Assembly (NCBI RefSeq): GCF_001194135.2
Contig: NC_068981.1
Coordinates: 5,936,923 to 6,000,922, forward strand
Source of the DNA: Octopus bimaculoides
Taxonomy: Eukaryota
Length of the DNA: 64,000 nucleotides
Direction: 5' to 3'
Part shown: one piece after another, positions 58,263-64,000 of the stretch
Layout: each line of letters begins with the position of its first letter
Numbering within the stretch: the first letter of the stretch is position 1
Position numbers and translations under genes: made by a program
Notes under the pieces: model-generated
Seen by the model: only the letters and a program-made list of their open reading frames with translations
Database searches by the model: none
Told to the model about the DNA's origin: nothing

Positions 58263-60913
58263 TTTACTTAACCATTTCGTGTATATTCTGATCCCTGTTC
58301 CTTGTGAGTATGCCCAGCATTTTGCCACCATCTTTATCCTGCTGTCTTCCACTTTCTCTCCTTCTCCTACACTTCCCTCAGGTTGGGTAACCAAGTATTT
58401 TCTTTGCGGTAGCACACCTGTTTCTCTCTTCATTCCTGACCTTTCTCTCTCTGGACGGGTAACCTTGTACTTCCTCTACAGCAAGACACCTGTATCTGTC
58501 TCACTATAACCTTTTCATCATCACCCCCTCCAATGCCTCCTCTTAAAAGTCTTTTTTTAATCTCTTGCATGGTACTTGGTGACCCTGTCAGTGCAGGTGC
58601 CACTTAAAAAGCACCCAGTCCACACTAAAGTGGTTGGTGTTTGGAAGCGCATCCAGCTGTAAAAACCTTGCCAAAACTGACCTCACCTGTGCTTGTGCCA
58701 TGTAAAAAGCACTAAGTCCAATCTTCTGAGTGGTTGGTGTTCAAAAGGGCATCCAGTTGTAAAAGTCCTGCCAAAACAGTCACAAAAGTCTGGTGCAGGC
58801 TTTGGCCTGGCTGGCTCTTGTGATACCGTCCCATCCAAGATACTATGGAAGATGATGATGATTATCATCATCGTTTAACATCCATCTTCCATGTTGGCAT
58901 GGATTTTGATGGTTTGAAAGGAGCCAGCCAGGCAGAAGCCTACACCAGGCTACTGTGTCTGTTTTTGCAGGATTTTTACAGCTGCATGCCCTTCTGAACA
59001 CCAACCACCGTGAGCACTTTTTATGTGACACCAGCAGAGGCAAGGTCAGTTTTGGCATGGTTTTTACAGCTGGATGCCCTTGCAAATGCCAACCACTTCA
59101 CAGTGTGGACTGGATGCTTTTACTGTGGCACCATCACTGGCAGAATCACCATGTTCACCATTCATTTTCCTTCTCATCTCTAACAGTCTGTCACTCTCCT
59201 TTCACACGCTCAGCTCCCAGCCTTCCTTGAATCTCTAGTGTTATTCTGTCTTTATCCACCTCCTTGTACCTTCAGGGTATGCCCCGATACCTCATCACCC
59301 TTTTTTCCTTTCCGCAACAATAAGACACCTGTTCCTGTCTTTCTGTCCTATTTTAGCTTGGCACAGAGCTAACCACTAAATACTAAACTCCAACTCAATC
59401 AAGGACTCTCGTCTTACAGATTATAAGGTGACCTCACTAGTGCTGGTGCCATGCAAAAAAACACCCAGTACACTCTGTAAAGTGGTTGGCATTAAGAAGG
59501 ACATCCAGCCACAGAAACCATGCCAAAGCAGATGCTGAAGGCCATCATAGTGCTCCGGCTCATCGCATCTTGTCAAACCATCCAACCTAGGCCACCATGG
59601 AAGACAGACATTAAATGATGATGATGCTTGTGCTTCAAATATTGAAGTAGAACATTTTAAGTGAATAAAACGATCAAATTCTCAGGCATTGTTTCTCATC
59701 ACAAATTTATTTGTTTATGACTAAGAATTATTTTTACAAATTCAACCAGAAAATGCAGGATTTCCGATGGTGAAATACAACAACAATGATGAAAATGCAG
59801 CAGAAATATTTGGTAGAGTCCTAAGCACTTGAGAATTGAACCCAGATTGCTAGAGGTGTCAGTAATCAGGAATTTGGTAACTCAGTAACTAAGCAAGTTA
59901 CATTCGCATTAATACACTGATCTTGTTGGTCAGTGGTTGGCTGTTGTCCATGTGCAGAGCACCTGAGTGTATGTGGATGTATACATATCAATGTGTGTGA
60001 TGTATACATGCTCAGAGGTATGGGTGTGTGAGCAGAAAGAAAATGGAATTGGTAAAGATAAGATAATCATGAAGAAATCAAAGATGTTTCAGCGTTTTTT
60101 TTAAATTTATTTTTTTATTTTTTGCTGTAATAGAGAAAACACTCAGTGACAATCTTGTCATCAGATCAGATGGAGGGCATCAGTGGAAGGATGGACTGAT
60201 ATTATCAGATTCATTTGTTCAGGTGATGAGGGGTCAATAATGTTTTCTTTGTTGTTCATCTTCACAAAAGATTCAGTCAGCATTGGCCACCTAAAATCAG
60301 CCCAGCTTCAGTCCCAAACAACCCCATCACTTGAACAAACGAACCCAACAACCCTATCAGCACATTCCTCTTCTGATGTCCCCATCTGCCCCAGGAATGA
60401 GTAAAAAAAAGATCAAGTCAAGTCAATAAGTACTTTCTCTAGTCCAGCTGTTACATTTTCTTCAAGATACCTTTTTTTAAAAATTATTACTAATTTCACC
60501 TTTCTGCTCACATACACCACAACACACACATTCACATACATTTAACACACACAGAAACACAGGTGTGCAACAAACACATTCTCGTTGCTAGCAGAGTACA
60601 TGAAATTACTATGGATAGAAGATGGAATCCTACTTCAGTTGTTTTGTTCAGAAGCTTGGAAATAACTGAATTAGTTCACCATACTGACCCACTGGTAGAG
60701 ACTATTCAAATTCATATAAATATGCGAATTATTGAGGGACAGGTAGATGCTGCACAGATTCACAGGTGTAAATGCACGACCATGTATGAGTCACACAAAT
60801 AGCTGCTCAAACCTGATTTGCATACAACTTTCCTTCTGGCCAAACATTCAACCACAATTCTGGTTTCTCTTGCCAATTTTTTTACATTCCTGGTTACACA
60901 AATTTTCGTACCT

Positions 60914-61379
60914 TTACCCTTTTGTTACTGTATTTCTGTTGAAATGCTGTTTCAATTACTTTAAATATAACAAAGAATTTAGAAAAATAACTTAGTTAAC
61001 TTTCAGCTAGTGTTAGGAACACAAATTGCAACTAAGGTTTGGTAGAAGATTTTAATTCAAAATTTATGAAAACAAGACATCTGTAGTACAGAGCCAGAGA
61101 CTGTTTCAGCTGGGTTGGTATCGAAAGGGTTAAGAATTGTTTTTCTATTATATATTCTAACCCTTTCGTTACCACATTTCTGTTGAGATGCTCTGTGTTT
61201 CTTTCAATTAATTTTAAATATAACAAAGAATTTATTAAAATAACTTAGTTATCATTCTGCTAGTGTTAGGAACATAAATTGTGACTAAGGTTTGGTGGAA
61301 GATTTAATTCAAAACTTATGAAAACAAGACATTTGTACTATAAAGGCGGTTTCATCCGGGTTGATAACGAAAGGGTTAA
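60914..61379. mobile_element. Second dimer of the same piggyBac-like MITE
   Basis: Same units and same spacer as 22534-22998. Confidence 0.82.
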
Positions 61380-62029
61380 GCTTGTATAAGACAGCACTAC
61401 AAGGTGCATGGAAAACATCTTAAGTATTNNNNNNNNNNNNNNNNNNNNNNNNNNNNNNNNNNNNNNNNNNNNNNNNNNNNNNNNNNNNNNNNNNNNNNNN
61501 NNNNNNNNNNNNNNNNNNNNNNNNNNNNNNNNNNNNNNNNNNNNNNNNNNNNNNNNNNNNNNNNNNNNNNNNNNNNNNNNNNNNNNNNNNNNNNNNNNNN
61601 NNNNNNNNNNNNNNNNNNNNNNNNNNNNNNNNNNNNNNNNNNNNNNNNNNNNNNNNNNNNNNNNNNNNNNNNNNNNNNNNNNNNNNNNNNNNNNNNNNNN
61701 NNNNNNNNNNNNNNNNNNNNNNNNNNNNNNNNNNNNNNNNNNNNNNNNNNNNNNNNNNNGGTGCAGCGCTGTTTTTTAAAATTTTATTAGCTGTCAACGG
61801 GTGGTAGAGATATTGGTTTCGAATTTTGGCACAAGGCCAGCAATTTCGGAGGAAGAAGGTTAGTCGATTACATCGGCCTCAGTGTTCAAACTGGTTCTGA
61901 TTTTATTGATCCCGAATGGATGAAAGGCAAAGTCGATCTCGGCGGAATTTGAACTCAGAACGTAAAGGCAGACGAAATGCCGCTATGCGTGCTAACGACT
62001 CTGCCAGCTCGCCCGCCTTACGAGTATTT

Positions 62030-62230
62030 GAGATATTGAATTTGAAAAAAGGTAGCCAAATTTGATGTTGGAAAGATGGTGGATAATCTTGTGGGCTTCG
62101 GTTAAGTCAGAAGCCAGATGCAAAAACTTCAGTGTGTCGATGCTCAGAGAGGCAGTAGGTGTGTGTGATGCAGACGTTCGCCAGTGAGCTGCATCTGAAG
62201 ATTTGCCATCCAAGGGGATACGAAGTCCTC
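62030..62230 (-). mobile_element. Possible old CR1/L2-like LINE 3' remnant
   Basis: LHLASDLTEAHKIIHHLS resembles the RR...DL...YKI..GL motif. Confidence 0.4.
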
Positions 62231-62835
62231 AGAAAAGGAACGTTCTAAGCTTGGAAGTGTATAAACTCTTTATACTGAATATTTACACAACCAAAAGACA
62301 GTGTTCTCTTCTGTTATATTTGTAGAATAACCGCAATTACACTTACAAAACACTACTACACATACGCATATGTACGCACACACACACACACACACACAAC
62401 CTGGAAATGTTTATTTTGAATTTTTAAATTTGGTACTGCGACAATAAAGAGTAAAAAGAATTTCGAAAAGTTTTCAGGCTAACAGAACAGGATGAAATTA
62501 TTAAGAGGTATAAGATATTCAACTCCAGAAAAAAATGTATTTAAAAAGTGAGAGGACAATTTTAAGGGTTTTAAATTTCGTAAAAGTTGTTTGTAGGAGG
62601 ACTTGGGTTGAACCCAGAAATAGGGCAACAGGTAGGTTTAAGTTTCGATATTTAACATAACAAAATAAAGACAAAGTTTGCAGATACTTTAAAGTAAGTA
62701 TTTTAACGAGAAAATATATTTACGAATCGCGACCTATCGACATTGTTACGATTCACTTATTAAATTTGTAACTGAATTAAAACTAGAATTATTAAGCCAT
62801 TATAACATTACGTCACATATATTTGACCAGTGTAA

Positions 62836-62872
<37 letters not shown>

Positions 62873-63419
62873 CATACACACACACACACACATACATACA
62901 ACACACACACATGTACCTATATATATATTTGAACTTTTGGTTATTCTCGAATAAGACATTAGTAATTAATTAGACCCAATTAAGTTATCTCAACCGCACC
63001 TAAAAAAAGTGACAACGAGCAAGAGAGCTGAAATATAGATCAATTTCATATTGTTTCTACACTCTAAATTAATTTAGAAATAAAATAATAAATATATGAC
63101 AAAGGACCAAACCAAAAACGGAGGTATTTCTTATAAAAAGCAAACAAACAGGTGTCTAGTGACCGACGCCATATTATAAAACTGTGAGGTCGTGGCCCTG
63201 CCCAAGGCATAACTTATTAGAAAATAAATAAACAAAATATGACCGTAAATATCTTTTTATATACATATTGTGACATTTTAATAAGGTTTTCCTGAATTGG
63301 GAAATTACATATATATATATATCTCAGGGTTAGTTTTTTCTTCTAACAAACTTGTATTTTCCTGTTTAATCAATTATTTAGGTCATTCAGAGGAACAGCA
63401 AGAAACGGTGATATCTTAC

Positions 63420-63525
63420 CTGTTGTGGCGCTGTCCTCAGGAAGTAACAATCTACAGGTAAACTGAAATATAATAGGTCAGTGATTGCTGCTGATTACAA
63501 GCAAACAAATCAACGCGCCATCTGT
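63420..63525 (-). promoter_or_regulatory. Probable non-coding first exon and promoter-proximal region of the Mcr-like gene
   Basis: Strong donor CAG|GTAAGA at 63420 in non-repetitive sequence; YY1-like AGATGGCG (63516-63523) and AATATGGCG (63167-63175); coding exon 1 begins with an acceptor, so an upstream exon is required. The 5' boundary is approximate. Confidence 0.45.
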
Positions 63526-63838
63526 CATTAAAACATTTGAAATGTTTCCTAACTTTATGGAAATAATCACAAAAAGCAAATTAAGAATTGGTTTTATTCA
63601 TGTACAGTCTCGTAACAGGTGAATAAGAATTTCAGGGGAAAATAAAATAAAATAAAAAACGAAATTTACTAATAACGTCCCATTATCAAAAGCTTCGATC
63701 ACCTGTAGTTGAAGTTAAGTAAATCCACAAAGAGGAATTTAAAACAAACTGTATCAAGGCCGACGAGGGATTGGCATTTTGTGGCATTCTTTGAGAGTAT
63801 ATCCAAAGTTATATTCAAGAAATTCTTTCTCTCTCTCT

Positions 63839-63875
<37 letters not shown>

Positions 63876-64000
63876 TAAAATTAATGATGTAAGAAATTAG
63901 TGAGTAAACGATACATAGTTAATTTATTTGTATCATAGTTTGTTTTTTAAGATAAACCAGTGAAATGTTTGGTTTCTTAATCCCTAATGGGAATAAGAAA

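Larger units (their letters stand above)
283..59625. repeat. Dispersed RTE 3'-end family, roughly 35 copies of 60-800 bp in both orientations
   Basis: Shared gggcatccagctgtagaaa...ccatgccagcatggaaa...ttaaacgatgatgatg, e.g. 283, 2770, 5460, 7925, 10700, 24940, 32185, 34160, 47830, 50080, 51060, 58580, 59440. The copy count is by eye. Confidence 0.9.

Noticed and set aside
59730-59810. Hydrophobic stretch as the signal-peptide exon
   Set aside because: No in-frame ATG and stops nearby; 56366-56469 fits with the correct phase.
60690-60790. Possible extra exon with a GTCAGT donor
   Set aside because: No convincing acceptor or homology; cannot be supported without RNA data.

Overview
AT-rich, repeat-dense animal genomic DNA with five N gaps. 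The repeat families look like those of Octopus-type cephalopods (an inference from repeat content). Nearly the whole window is one large minus-strand gene of the alpha-2-macroglobulin/TEP superfamily. I reconstructed 34 GT-AG coding exons by hand (56469 down to 1029; 4347 nt, about 1449 codons), and all junctions are phase-compatible except one. The product has a signal peptide, MG domains, an LDL-receptor class A module, MG7/CUB, a thioester domain with GCGEQ replaced by GVAEN, and MG8. This architecture is Mcr (macroglobulin complement-related, Tep6-like; automated pipelines may call it CD109-like). One internal exon is missing and probably lies in the 49332-49807 gap. The final exon(s) lie below coordinate 1, and a probable non-coding first exon ends at 63420. 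The introns hold roughly 35 3' ends of an RTE LINE in both orientations, three tRNA-derived SINE families, mariner and Tc1-like deletion derivatives, hAT- and piggyBac-like MITEs, R4/Dong-like LINE ends, five long foldback inverted repeats and mini/microsatellites. I found no clear evidence of an undescribed biological system. The strongest leads are the thioester-dead LDLa-bearing TEP, a recurring ordered MITE dimer, tail-to-tail LINE pairs, and the heavy load of dsRNA-forming sequence in this pre-mRNA.
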